From an uncultured Planctomycetota bacterium (GTDB lineage: Bacteria > Planctomycetota > Planctomycetia > Pirellulales > Lacipirellulaceae), in NCBI GenBank assembly GCA_963719315.1, contig CAVRBU010000011.1, forward strand, positions 139,372 through 203,371: DNA of 64,000 nt. Direction: 5' to 3'. Each line of letters begins with the position of its first letter. The stretch's first letter is position 1. The notes under the pieces were generated by a model. That model was not told the origin of the DNA, ran no database searches, and was given only the letters and a program-made list of their open reading frames with translations. The position numbers were made by a program, and so were the translations under genes. Positions 43,642-52,877 of this stretch are shown one piece after another.

Positions 43642-44064
43642 ATGAATACGAACAGCAAACAAGAACTCTTGCCGCCAGCTTCCGAGGGGCCTGCCGGTTT
43701 GTCGGGCTGGTTTGATTGGCTCACCGATCCGTTGCCGAAGCGGTTCATGCTGCCGGCGACCGGCCTGTTGATCATGGGACTCGACTGGCTCTTCTTCTCG
43801 GAAGAAGCCGCCACGTTTGGGCTCGCGATCCCAATGACGTCCGTCGTCGGCTTTCTGGCCGGCAGCCTGGGCGCGTATTACTTGCAGCGCAAGTATGGTC
43901 TCGACTCGCGCCCCGCGGCGTGGTTGAAGAGTCTCGTCGCGGGCGTCCTCGTGGGCATTCCATTTCCGCTGGCCGGTACGATCGCCGGGGCGTGGATTCT
44001 GACCACGTCGGGCTTGATCGGTCTCAAAAATCGGCTGTGGAAAGAGCAGTTCGCACGCCGCTAA
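43642..44064 (+). CDS. Hypothetical membrane protein
   Basis: Three to four hydrophobic helices. Confidence 0.7.
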   Translation: MNTNSKQELLPPASEGPAGLSGWFDWLTDPLPKRFMLPATGLLIMGLDWLFFSEEAATFGLAIPMTSVVGFLAGSLGAYYLQRKYGLDSRPAAWLKSLVAGVLVGIPFPLAGTIAGAWILTTSGLIGLKNRLWKEQFARR

Positions 44065-44074
44065 GATGATCGGT

Positions 44075-44764
44075 TCAGTGACTCGCCTGGGCGACAAAGT
44101 GCAGGATGCCCAGGAAGTGGCACGCGCTGCCGGCGATGACCAACAGGTGCCAGATGGCGTGAAAGTGTCGGACCCGCGCATCGTAGAACAAGAAGAACGT
44201 GCCAAGTAAGTAACACGCACCTCCGCCGAGCATCCACCATGCGCTATCGATCGGCACGTTGTTCCGCAATACGGGTACGGCGATGAGCGGCAACCAGCCA
44301 AGCGCGATGTAAGTCCACATCGAAATGTTGTGGACGCGATGCGCGAGCACCACCTTGGAGAAGAACCCCAGGAATGCGGCCGTCCACAATCCGCCCAACA
44401 ACATCCAACCACCACCGGTCCGCCAATACGCCAGGCCAAACGGCGTGTACGTCGCGACGATCAGGAAATAGATGCAACCTTGATCGAGGCGACGGAAGAA
44501 ACTCTTCCAGTGCACGCTCGTTACGCTGTGCGACAACGTGGAAGCGGCATACACGGCAACGAGACTGGCTGCGAAGATGGCACAACCCGTGACGCGCCAC
44601 ATGTCGCCGTGACGCAGTACGCTCCAGATCATCACCAGGCCGCCCCACACCGCCAGCAAACAGCCGAAGCCGTGCGTCAAAGTGTTGACGAATTCTTCAC
44701 TTGCGGAGCGCCGCCAGACCGGATGTAGCCGCAGTGCTTTGGGTTTGTGATGATCTGTGCTCAT
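44075..44764 (-). CDS. Hemolysin III / PAQR family membrane protein
   Basis: EEFVNTLTHG, ASTLSH, IVATYTPF, HAIWHLLV. Confidence 0.92.
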   Translation of the reverse strand: MSTDHHKPKALRLHPVWRRSASEEFVNTLTHGFGCLLAVWGGLVMIWSVLRHGDMWRVTGCAIFAASLVAVYAASTLSHSVTSVHWKSFFRRLDQGCIYFLIVATYTPFGLAYWRTGGGWMLLGGLWTAAFLGFFSKVVLAHRVHNISMWTYIALGWLPLIAVPVLRNNVPIDSAWWMLGGGACYLLGTFFLFYDARVRHFHAIWHLLVIAGSACHFLGILHFVAQASH

Positions 44765-45129
44765 GTGATTTTCATTGCCCAGATGGGTCGCGCCGATTAG
44801 CGATCTTTCACCTTAGCAAGCGAATTCTACGGTCGGAACCGCAAACAGCCGAGAAACGCGCAAAAAATCGTTGTGCCAATGCGGTTAAAACCGCTTGGGC
44901 AAACCTAACCGTTGATGCCGTAAGGTCTTCGCGACTTTCCCGCCGGCGGTCGCGGGTTTTGGATGGATTTTTTGATTGAAGGAATACACGGGGAAAACCG
45001 TGGATTTCCATAACAATAGGCATGCTTTACCGAATGGCGGGCGCATTTGCGGACGATCGAGCATAACGTAGGCTTTATAGTGAACGACCTGACGCACCTT
45101 CGCGTGCACCCCATCGAATCGGGCAAGCC

Positions 45130-45780
45130 ATGACAATCGCTGCCATTCCATTGACGCGGCTCGAAGATCGGCTGCAGAGCGATCCTCTGACTAGCGAGCA
45201 TCGACGCGAGTTATCCGCTGCGCGCGATCGCGGCAAAGTAATTCGCAAAGCGGCCCGCGTCGCCGCGTTCAACGGCTGGACGACCGCGCTCATCGCGGCG
45301 GTTTCGGCATTGATCGCCGTGGTCTCTGGCCTGTTCTCGCCAACCAGTCCCGTCGCGCTGGCGCTGACAGCGGGCCTCACGGTTGTGGCGTTCAACGAAT
45401 TTCGCGGCCGCAAGCGGCTGCTCAATTTCGATCCCCGCGGCGCGACGCTGCTGGGTTGGAATCAAGTCGGCCTGTTGGCGATAATCATTGTGTATTGCTT
45501 GTGGTCGATGTACTCCGGCACACACGGTTCTGGCGAACTTGAGAAGGAGCTCAATGATTTGGGTGATTTGAACGCCGCGCTAGGTATGTCGCCCGGCGGA
45601 CTGAACGACTTAACCTCGCTTATCGCCGTTGCGTTCTATGGCATCGTCATTGTGCTGAGCGTTCTGTTTCAAGGTGGCAACGCCCTCTATTATTTCACGC
45701 GCCGCCGTCATGTGGAAGAGTTCGTCGCCGAAACACCGGCGTGGGTTCGCGACATCGAACGCGGTTCGCACCCGGCGTAG
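45130..45780 (+). CDS. Hypothetical membrane protein
   Basis: Four TM segments. Confidence 0.7.
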   Translation: MTIAAIPLTRLEDRLQSDPLTSEHRRELSAARDRGKVIRKAARVAAFNGWTTALIAAVSALIAVVSGLFSPTSPVALALTAGLTVVAFNEFRGRKRLLNFDPRGATLLGWNQVGLLAIIIVYCLWSMYSGTHGSGELEKELNDLGDLNAALGMSPGGLNDLTSLIAVAFYGIVIVLSVLFQGGNALYYFTRRRHVEEFVAETPAWVRDIERGSHPA

Positions 45781-45781
45781 A

Positions 45782-45869
45782 AGTAGGTCCCTTCTGCCGG
45801 AACGGACCTGATTGGATTCACAACGATGTGAAGCAGGTTCAGGTCTCCGCTCGGCAAGCGGGACTTACT
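45782..45869 (+). repeat. GTAG-type REP doublet
   Basis: GTAGGTCCCTTCTGCCGGAACGGACC...CCGCTCGGCAAGCGGGACTTAC. Confidence 0.85.
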
Positions 45870-46709
45870 TTACAGCCACAGGTGCATGCGGCCGTCCAGC
45901 ATATCGGGTAGTGCTTTCGAGACGAGTGCCCGCACCGTCTTCGCGTGATAACGCGTGCTAAGGTGGGCCCCAATCACGAGCTCATTCTTGAACCGGTCGC
46001 GGCGGTCGACGATGTCGTCCAAGTGCATGTGGCCGAACTTGTGAATCTTGTCGCGGCGATGGTCCGGCGCTACGAACGTCAGCTCGCAAATGAGCACTTT
46101 CGCTTCGTACATAACCGGGTTGTCGTCGAGCCCGCCGGGCGCGCTATCGCCCAGATATGCCAAAATGGGCCGGCGGATTTCCGCGCTCACCTCGTTGCCT
46201 GCCAACCGCAAATCTCGAATCTGTTCGCCGCTTAAGTCCTGGTATTCTGGTTTCAATTTGCGACGGCGATCCCAGACGACGAAACCCAGCGACGGCACGG
46301 TATGCCGTGTCGCGACGGCCGAAACAACCAGCTCTCGCGACATCTCGATCTCATCGCCCGCGGTGATGGGCTTCAATTCGCACGGCAAACGCCCACGATC
46401 AAGCTTCGTGAACTGCCGTAGAATCCGCTGCATCGGCTCGATCGTTTCGGCCGGCATGTAGATCACCGGCGGCGTCATCTTCATCATTCGCCGGCGGGCC
46501 ACGTACACCGGCAACGCCACGATGTGATCCAGATGGCCGTGTGTCACGAACCACGTTTCCGTGCCCATGAACGACCAGGGCTGAGCGCCGAGATCGAAGC
46601 CCAACTTCAGTTCGGGAAACCGCCAATACGTTTGCACGGCGGCCCGCGAGTAGCCTTCAATCGTCAGATCGCCGTGCTTGAGCGTCTTAACCGGGAGGTT
46701 GTTGATCAT
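45870..46709 (-). CDS. MBL-fold metallo-hydrolase (RNase Z-like)
   Basis: THGHLDH, HTVPSLG, YLGD, CELTF, GHMH, HLSTRY. Confidence 0.85.
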   Translation of the reverse strand: MINNLPVKTLKHGDLTIEGYSRAAVQTYWRFPELKLGFDLGAQPWSFMGTETWFVTHGHLDHIVALPVYVARRRMMKMTPPVIYMPAETIEPMQRILRQFTKLDRGRLPCELKPITAGDEIEMSRELVVSAVATRHTVPSLGFVVWDRRRKLKPEYQDLSGEQIRDLRLAGNEVSAEIRRPILAYLGDSAPGGLDDNPVMYEAKVLICELTFVAPDHRRDKIHKFGHMHLDDIVDRRDRFKNELVIGAHLSTRYHAKTVRALVSKALPDMLDGRMHLWL

Positions 46710-46853
46710 CAGGTGAGTAGGACGCGGCAGAGGAGCGACGGTTCGGGCGAAAGAACCGCCATTGTAGAGGCGGAATGGATGAGGGTTAAGAGTTGAGAGT
46801 CGATAGTTGAAAGAAAAGAACGGTTTGCCGTATCGATTCTCAACCCTAATCCT

Positions 46854-47633
46854 TCAACCATTGACCTCCTGCCCGTGCTCATAGTCTGTCACCGCCGCGA
46901 GTTCAGTCGGCAGCGGATTCTCACCCGGTTCCAGCCAGATTTCGCCGTGTAGTTGCGGCTGCGCAGCGCGGGCATGCTGGTGCCGCACCAATTCGAGCAC
47001 GGCCAGGAACATGCCGACGAGCGTGGACTTGTGCACCGCCGAATCGAAGAAGCTCGCGAATTTGACCTGGCCTTCGCGGCGCAATCGCGCATCGATCCGC
47101 TGCATGTATACGTGAATCGGGGTTTCGTCGTAACGGATGCTTTCCGGGCCGGCGACGGCGTGCTTCGCCTTGAGCACGCGCCCGAACGCGCTGACCAGGT
47201 CCCAAAGCTCGATCTCTTGAATCGGCTGTTGCTCGGGCGATAACTGCCGCGTCGGCAAGTCGTTGGCCAATCGCGGAAACCGCTCGCACCACTCCCGGCT
47301 GCGCTCTTCCAACATACTGGCCGCATCGCGGTACTGTTTGTATTCCAGCAGCCGGCGGACCAGCTCCTGTCGCGGATCCTCGAGCTCGTCGGCTACCTCC
47401 TCTTCGCCGGGTAGCGCCGCCCTCGATTTCAACTCAATCAGCAGGCTGGCCGTGTCGAGAAAGTCGCCGACCATATCGACGTCGATCTGCTTCAATACGT
47501 TGACGTATTCCAGGAATTGCTCTGTAACGGTCGCGATGCGAATGTCGACGACTTCGAGCTCGTGCTTGCGGATCAGATAGAGGAGCAGATCCAACGGTCC
47601 GCGGAAGATTTCGAGATCAACGCGAAAGTCCAT
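46854..47633 (-). CDS. scpA: Segregation and condensation protein A
   Basis: FRGPLDLLLYLI, ELVRRLLEY, FLAVLELVR. Confidence 0.95.
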   Translation of the reverse strand: MDFRVDLEIFRGPLDLLLYLIRKHELEVVDIRIATVTEQFLEYVNVLKQIDVDMVGDFLDTASLLIELKSRAALPGEEEVADELEDPRQELVRRLLEYKQYRDAASMLEERSREWCERFPRLANDLPTRQLSPEQQPIQEIELWDLVSAFGRVLKAKHAVAGPESIRYDETPIHVYMQRIDARLRREGQVKFASFFDSAVHKSTLVGMFLAVLELVRHQHARAAQPQLHGEIWLEPGENPLPTELAAVTDYEHGQEVNG

Positions 47634-47659
47634 GGGCAGCGTGCTCGCGAGGGGCGCAG

Positions 47660-47744
47660 AGTAGGTCCTTTGCCGGAAGGGACCCGGGCGATTTCGCAAT
47701 GCTACAAAGCAGGTTCAGGTTCCGCTCGGCAAGCGGGACCTACT
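47660..47744 (+). repeat. GTAG-type REP doublet
   Basis: Same family as 45782-45869. Confidence 0.85.
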
Positions 47745-47838
47745 GCGCGGCGCGGACTGTAGCAAATATTGCCGCAATCGGGGAGCGGAATGGCCTGATT
47801 AAGGCGATGCTAGCACTGCCGCGTTTTCTGAACGGCGC

Positions 47839-47875
47839 AAAAAACCAGCCGGGTCTCTGCTAGAGAGGCCCGGCC
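47839..47875 (-). terminator. Intrinsic terminator after the Cys-rich gene
   Basis: GCCGGGCCTCT/AGAGACCCGGC stem followed by T6 on the minus strand. Confidence 0.75.
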
Positions 47876-47983
47876 AGTTAGAGCTCGTTGGAATCCGCGA
47901 ATGAATGTCCAATTCGCGGTGAAGTCTGTTAAAGGGGGCACCACCCGACGGACGTCAGCGAGCTACCTGTTTGCCGCCAAACC

Positions 47984-48400
47984 CTACTTCTTTTCTTTGG
48001 CCTCTTCAGGAGCGGCGGGGGCCGCCATCTCGCTGCCACTGCTGCTGCCACTGCAGCCACAGCCGCCGCCGCAACCCGAGTTGCAGCCGCTATTGCAACC
48101 GCTGTTGCAACCGCTGTTGCAGCAGCGATGGCGACGATGATGGCCACAGCCGTTGTTGCAACCGTTGTCGCAGCCACTATTGCAACCGTTATCGCAGCCA
48201 CTATTGCAACCACTGTTGCAACCACACGATTGATGTTCACATCCGCAGTTGCTCTGGCAACCGCTATCGCAACTCGACGACTGGCAGCAGCGGGTGCGGC
48301 AGCAGCGGTGACCAAACGCATTGGCTTGCGATTCCATGCCGATCATTACGACGGCCATGGCTGCCAATCCCAGCGTTAATCGAACAACATTTCGCTTCAT
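47984..48400 (-). CDS. Secreted Cys/Gly-rich repeat protein
   Basis: Signal peptide ending SQANA; 24 Cys, mostly in (N/D)(S/N)GC repeats; RBS GGAGG. Confidence 0.8.
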   Translation of the reverse strand: MKRNVVRLTLGLAAMAVVMIGMESQANAFGHRCCRTRCCQSSSCDSGCQSNCGCEHQSCGCNSGCNSGCDNGCNSGCDNGCNNGCGHHRRHRCCNSGCNSGCNSGCNSGCGGGCGCSGSSSGSEMAAPAAPEEAKEKK

Positions 48401-48977
48401 CACAGAATCCTCCAAAACAATAGACAAAAAACGGAACGGTTAACCTCGTGTCCGAATTGCGCGATAAACGAACCTGGCAAAAGCAGCCGTCTTCTCGCCT
48501 GTGCTAGCTAGCGAGATGCGTTTTACCTTCCGCTCTAGTCCGCGGAGAAAGCGTGCTCCCCGACGAGGGAAACAAATAACACTCTCCTATCGTCGCAGTT
48601 ATCCCAAAGCCCGCGACCATCACAGTCGCCCGCCCAAGGATGCCCCATATCTGACCCGATGCTGTTGAGTTCCACAAGGCACCGAATTCGGAACAATCAA
48701 AGAAAGTTTTACGATTGGGAAATTCGCGACGTTTTGGGTGAATAGGTATTTGCGCCTTAACAATCCGCGACCTGACCCTAGCAGCTTGGATTCTTCGGCC
48801 CACTAGTCACCCAACTAGAATGGCGGAATGGGCTTACGTCGATAAACTCGGCGGGCGGCTCCCGAGGAAGGGCCGCGAGATAGAAGCTGAGAGAGCCACG
48901 CACCGCCTTCTGATAGGCCGGCATTGAAACGCGGAAATCGGGCTTTGGGCCAGGTTTCCGCTGCCAAATGGCTTTGC

Positions 48978-49059
48978 GGGCCCTTCTGCCGGAGGGACCT
49001 GAGCGAATTCACGATATTGCAGAGCAGGGTCAGGTCCCGCTTGGCAAGCGGGACCTACT
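48978..49059 (+). repeat. GTAG-type REP doublet (left end decayed)
   Basis: Same family as 45782-45869. Confidence 0.8.
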
Positions 49060-49121
49060 CTTTTGCCAAAGCCTTACCAAATCGAATCAATCGTGTTTTT
49101 GCCGAGCAAAAGAAAGTATTG

Positions 49122-49895
49122 CTAACGGCGTTCGTTCGGCTGCGGCTCTTGGGCAGTGTACGGCGAATAGGGTTGTTGTTGACCCGTCGCCGCGGGTCCG
49201 ACGGCCGGCATGCCGAGACCTGCCGTTCCGGAGTTTGGCGAATTCACGTTGGCTGGGCCGACCGCTGGCATGCCGATGGGCACCTGAGGCGCGACGGGCG
49301 GCGCGACGGCATTCGCTTGCGTTCCGCCACTCGCCTGGGCGCCGCTGTTCGCTTGGGCGGCGGCGTTGCCCGGCATGTTGGGACGCGGAAGCGACATGTT
49401 CTTCCCGGTTTCGAAGTCGGACAGCGTCCACGGCAGATTCGGTCCGGTTCCGTAAGCGATGCCCGAGATTCGCCAATCGTTCTCCACCTTGCGAAGCAAG
49501 CAACACATTTCTTCGCTGTGGGGAGTCCCTTCGGACGTATCGGTCAGCACACACTGCACGATGGCTTGGTCCTCCGACGGGGCGCGGACTTCGCCGATTT
49601 TGAACGTGGCGCCTTCCAATCCGGGCGGCGCGAAACCTTTCCCGCTAGCAACAATTCGCTGCATCGCCTGCGGAGTGAGTCGAGCGCTCGCCCGCTGCGT
49701 ATCGCCCTTCAACACGGCATCCAAAAAATCGTAGGCGGCCTGGGCCATCACATTGCTGGCTGGATCAGTCTCGGTGATCGCCGGCACATCGCTGCTAGTG
49801 GCCGCCGCGCCGCCGGAGGAACTGCTTTTGCCGCAACCAGCCGTAAACGCCAGACCAAGAACCGCGACCAAGCCAACTCGGGTGAAGCACTGCAT
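49122..49895 (-). CDS. Hypothetical lipoprotein
   Basis: LAFTAGC lipobox; FLDAVLKGD...WRISG. Confidence 0.75.
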   Translation of the reverse strand: MQCFTRVGLVAVLGLAFTAGCGKSSSSGGAAATSSDVPAITETDPASNVMAQAAYDFLDAVLKGDTQRASARLTPQAMQRIVASGKGFAPPGLEGATFKIGEVRAPSEDQAIVQCVLTDTSEGTPHSEEMCCLLRKVENDWRISGIAYGTGPNLPWTLSDFETGKNMSLPRPNMPGNAAAQANSGAQASGGTQANAVAPPVAPQVPIGMPAVGPANVNSPNSGTAGLGMPAVGPAATGQQQPYSPYTAQEPQPNERR

Positions 49896-50157
49896 TGCCG
49901 ATACTCCGCATCGAAAGTACGAAAAACGTCCCCGTTCGCGTCGGCTACCGCTGTCGCCAGCAATCGGCCGCCGAACGCTCGGGAAATAAGGTGCGGGAGT
50001 CTGTCAAAACCGCGGCCAGCGGTCAACGGCGATTGGTTCAGCGTAAAACGCATTCCGCTGCTATCACCCGTCGAAAGTTTGGCGGGTCATTGCGCGAATT
50101 TTGGCCTGCTTGAATTCAAACCACAAAGGGGAGCCTTTCCCGAGCGCGAGACTCGTC

Positions 50158-50835
50158 CACGCGGAGAGTTTTGCGCGAGGACTTCGCGCAATGGAATTCG
50201 CAAGTCGTTGGGCGGCAAGGGAGTACGATTGTGCGGACGCGTGAAAATTTTTTTTCGCGTGCAAAAGTCCTCCTTTTTGCGCGGCGCTCAGGCAACCAAC
50301 CGCTGGAAATCCAGTGGTATGAGCGTGCGCGGGACGTGCAATAATAGGCGAGTTTGCTCTCTAAGAAGTTCGTTCCTGGCAGGATTTAGCGGTTCGCCAG
50401 AGCGGTCGAGCCTTGAAAATGTGGCGATTTTCGTGGCGTTTTGAGCAGCTCCGGCCCTTCGGCCAGCTTTGGGCAAAAAGGTGCGAGGGGGCGGGAGACT
50501 ATCTTTGCCGCAGACGAACCTGGCCCGACCGTGGCCCGAACCACAGGATGCATTCCTGCCGTGTCGTCCATGAAGTAAGAGTCTCACGCAGAGGGCGTAG
50601 AGAGGTTTGTCCTAAGGCATGCCTCTCAGCGAGCTCTGCGTGAGCCTTCTCTTGGACGACGCCGATAGGCACGCAGATTCCAATACGCGGCAAGGGTGCT
50701 ACGCGCGTTTCAGGCACAGCCTGAGCTACCTGGGAAAAGTCGCTATGCTGGATTGTCAAAGAGCGATGGGTGGGGTACAGCGTGGTAGGCAGCGTAGCAC
50801 ACTCGTATACGGAGTTCCACACTTATTTTTGGCCA
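50158..50835 (-). repeat. Long non-coding element, copy 2
   Basis: Inverted, diverged copy of 9094-9886, lacking the heptamer array. Confidence 0.95.
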
Positions 50836-51575
50836 GCTACAGATTCAATTGATTCGTTCTGAAGTCGGTAGTTGTCGGGACAGCCGCGACGGGTGGCACG
50901 CGTAAGTTGATCGGGCAGCGAATGGATGGGTTACTTCATCTGGGAGCTATCCACGGTTCCCGGATCCTTTTTCGAACGTTGACCCCAAGGATTCTTGAGT
51001 CAGTAGGGACGAACGGAATTCCAACTTATCCGACGTTGCCCGACGCTGGTCGCTGGCTAAAACCATCCGAAAGGCGAAGTCGAGCGGTGCCGAGAAGCTA
51101 ATTTTCGATGAGTACTCGGCACTTTGTTTTCCAAGATGAGTTTAGAAACTTGTTCACACGAAGACTATTGGCCAAAACGACTTACGACGATTAGCCCCGT
51201 CAAACCAACCATTTTCGGCACCGTGTTCCAATCTTCCCGCACGAGCCCAGCCGCCGACCCGAGAGCCGGGTTTAGTATTTGACAAATTGTTGGATCGTTG
51301 GATTGTTGGCAATCGCGGTGAAATCGCTTGACAGTGGGGGCCCGAACAACCACACTCGCACTGGACTTACTTTCCCCAGGTATAGCCCGAGGGCCACAGC
51401 GGCGCTGCGCCCAATAAACGACAGCGATTTTAAGCCACTCTATTTTTGTCCTGACCTGCCATAAGGCATCGGTGCCTTGTTCCAGCTTGGGTTGACGATG
51501 CCCGGCGGGAAAAGCCGCCGATGCCTTTTTTGTTTTTCTAATATTCGTGATCTATCACCAATTGAAGGGTGGCTA

Positions 51576-52247
51576 ATGATGGCTATTTTGCGAATTCTGA
51601 CCGTCTGCCTGGCAGCGGCTTTTGCGACGCCAGCTTGTGCGAACTTAATAACGAATGGTTCATTTGAATCGCCGATCGTGCCGGCTGGGTCAACGCTCAA
51701 TTTTCCTGGCGGTTCGACCGGAATTCCCGGTTGGACGGCCGTCGGCGTCGATTCTGATTTAATTAGCACCACGTTTACGCAGAGTGGCGTCACGTTCAAT
51801 GCTCAAGATGGCCAGCAATGGATCGACTTGGCCGGACATACTTCGAATTCCCAGACCAGCGGCGTGACGCAAAATATTGCCACGGTACTGGGCGGCCTTT
51901 ATACGATTAGTTTCTATGTCGGGTCGGCGGACGATAACGTTAACAACTTCTTTTTCCCGTCGACGATCGATCTAAGCATCAACGGCGGCCCTCGCGCGCA
52001 TTTCACAAACACGATTGCGCCGTCGAACCATCTCGACTGGAAGCAATTCGTTGTGCCGTTTGTGGCCACGGGGACCTCTACCAATCTAACTTTTTACAAC
52101 GGCGGGGCGAGCAACAATTTTTTGAGCGCGCTCGATAACGTAGTCGTAGTCCCGGAGCCTTTGTCACTCACGTTGTGCCTCTCTGCTTTGGTCTGTGGCG
52201 CAATTGGAACGCACATTCGGCGTCGAAAGGCCCGTGGCGGACGCTGA
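51576..52247 (+). CDS. DUF642-like PEP-CTERM protein
   Basis: Signal peptide, NLITNGSFE, IDLAG, LDNV, VPEP + TM + RRRK. Confidence 0.88.
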   Translation: MMAILRILTVCLAAAFATPACANLITNGSFESPIVPAGSTLNFPGGSTGIPGWTAVGVDSDLISTTFTQSGVTFNAQDGQQWIDLAGHTSNSQTSGVTQNIATVLGGLYTISFYVGSADDNVNNFFFPSTIDLSINGGPRAHFTNTIAPSNHLDWKQFVVPFVATGTSTNLTFYNGGASNNFLSALDNVVVVPEPLSLTLCLSALVCGAIGTHIRRRKARGGR

Positions 52248-52304
52248 GTTCGTCGCAAGCAGTTCCACCGACCGCCGCCTCTTGGTGCGCCAAGCCACCG
52301 CACG

Positions 52305-52428
52305 GCCAATGTAGCCACGCGCGCACGTACTTGCCGATGCGGACGCCGTCCGAACCCTGCTCATAAAGCTGGTTGATACGTTCGACGCACCCCGCCACGG
52401 TCTTGCGGGCGACGCCCGTCAGCCCCAG
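52305..52428 (-). pseudogene. C-terminal remnant of a group II intron-like reverse transcriptase
   Basis: Peptide GLTGVARKTVAGCVERINQLYEQGSDGVRIGKYVRAWLHW resembles RT thumb ends (LYEQ...YVRRW); no catalytic core. Confidence 0.6.
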
Positions 52429-52452
52429 CATCGAAGCGGAAACAGCGGTTTA

Positions 52453-52506
52453 GTCTCATCAACTCGTCAACGCGTGAGACAAACCGAAAACCACCGATTT
52501 CGAAAC
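52453..52506 (+). other. res-like motif A
   Basis: GTCTCA-N16-TGAGAC inverted repeat, then AAACCGAAAACCACCGATTTCG; similar to 55867-55918. Confidence 0.55.
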
Positions 52507-52877
52507 GGTGGGCAGCGTGGCGTCCGCACGGCGCCGGCGACCCTGATCGCCCCTTATCGCCAGGCGTTCCAAAAGTCGTTGGCGCGACCGCTCGTGACAC
52601 AGATTTTCCGTGCCGGAAACTCGTACGTTATCTCGGATTGAGACGCACGAAGGCTTCGGGCATGGAAACGCCCCGGTAAAGGAACGAATTTTGGCTTGGG
52701 CCGAAAGTGCAACTGAATTCTCCCGAACAATGCGACCGACGCGTCCAATTCTAGGACTTATGCACCCCAGTGCAATTTCGACTTGGAACATCATAGAATG
52801 GGAACGGGGCGTGTTATCACGGTGGCGGCCAGTCAGAGCCTGCATCAGTTTTGGAGTAATCTCGAAAGGGCCGGCGA

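Noticed and set aside
48924..50444. 506-aa plus-strand ORF and other long antisense ORFs (e.g. 9723-11174, 18140-19477, 19593-20882)
   Set aside because: Shadow frames of real genes in GC-rich DNA; no recognisable motifs
9094..50835. Composite transposon with long terminal inverted repeats
   Set aside because: Enclosed genes are housekeeping (glnA, accD, xerC, scpA/B), the repeats encode no transposase and no TSD is evident
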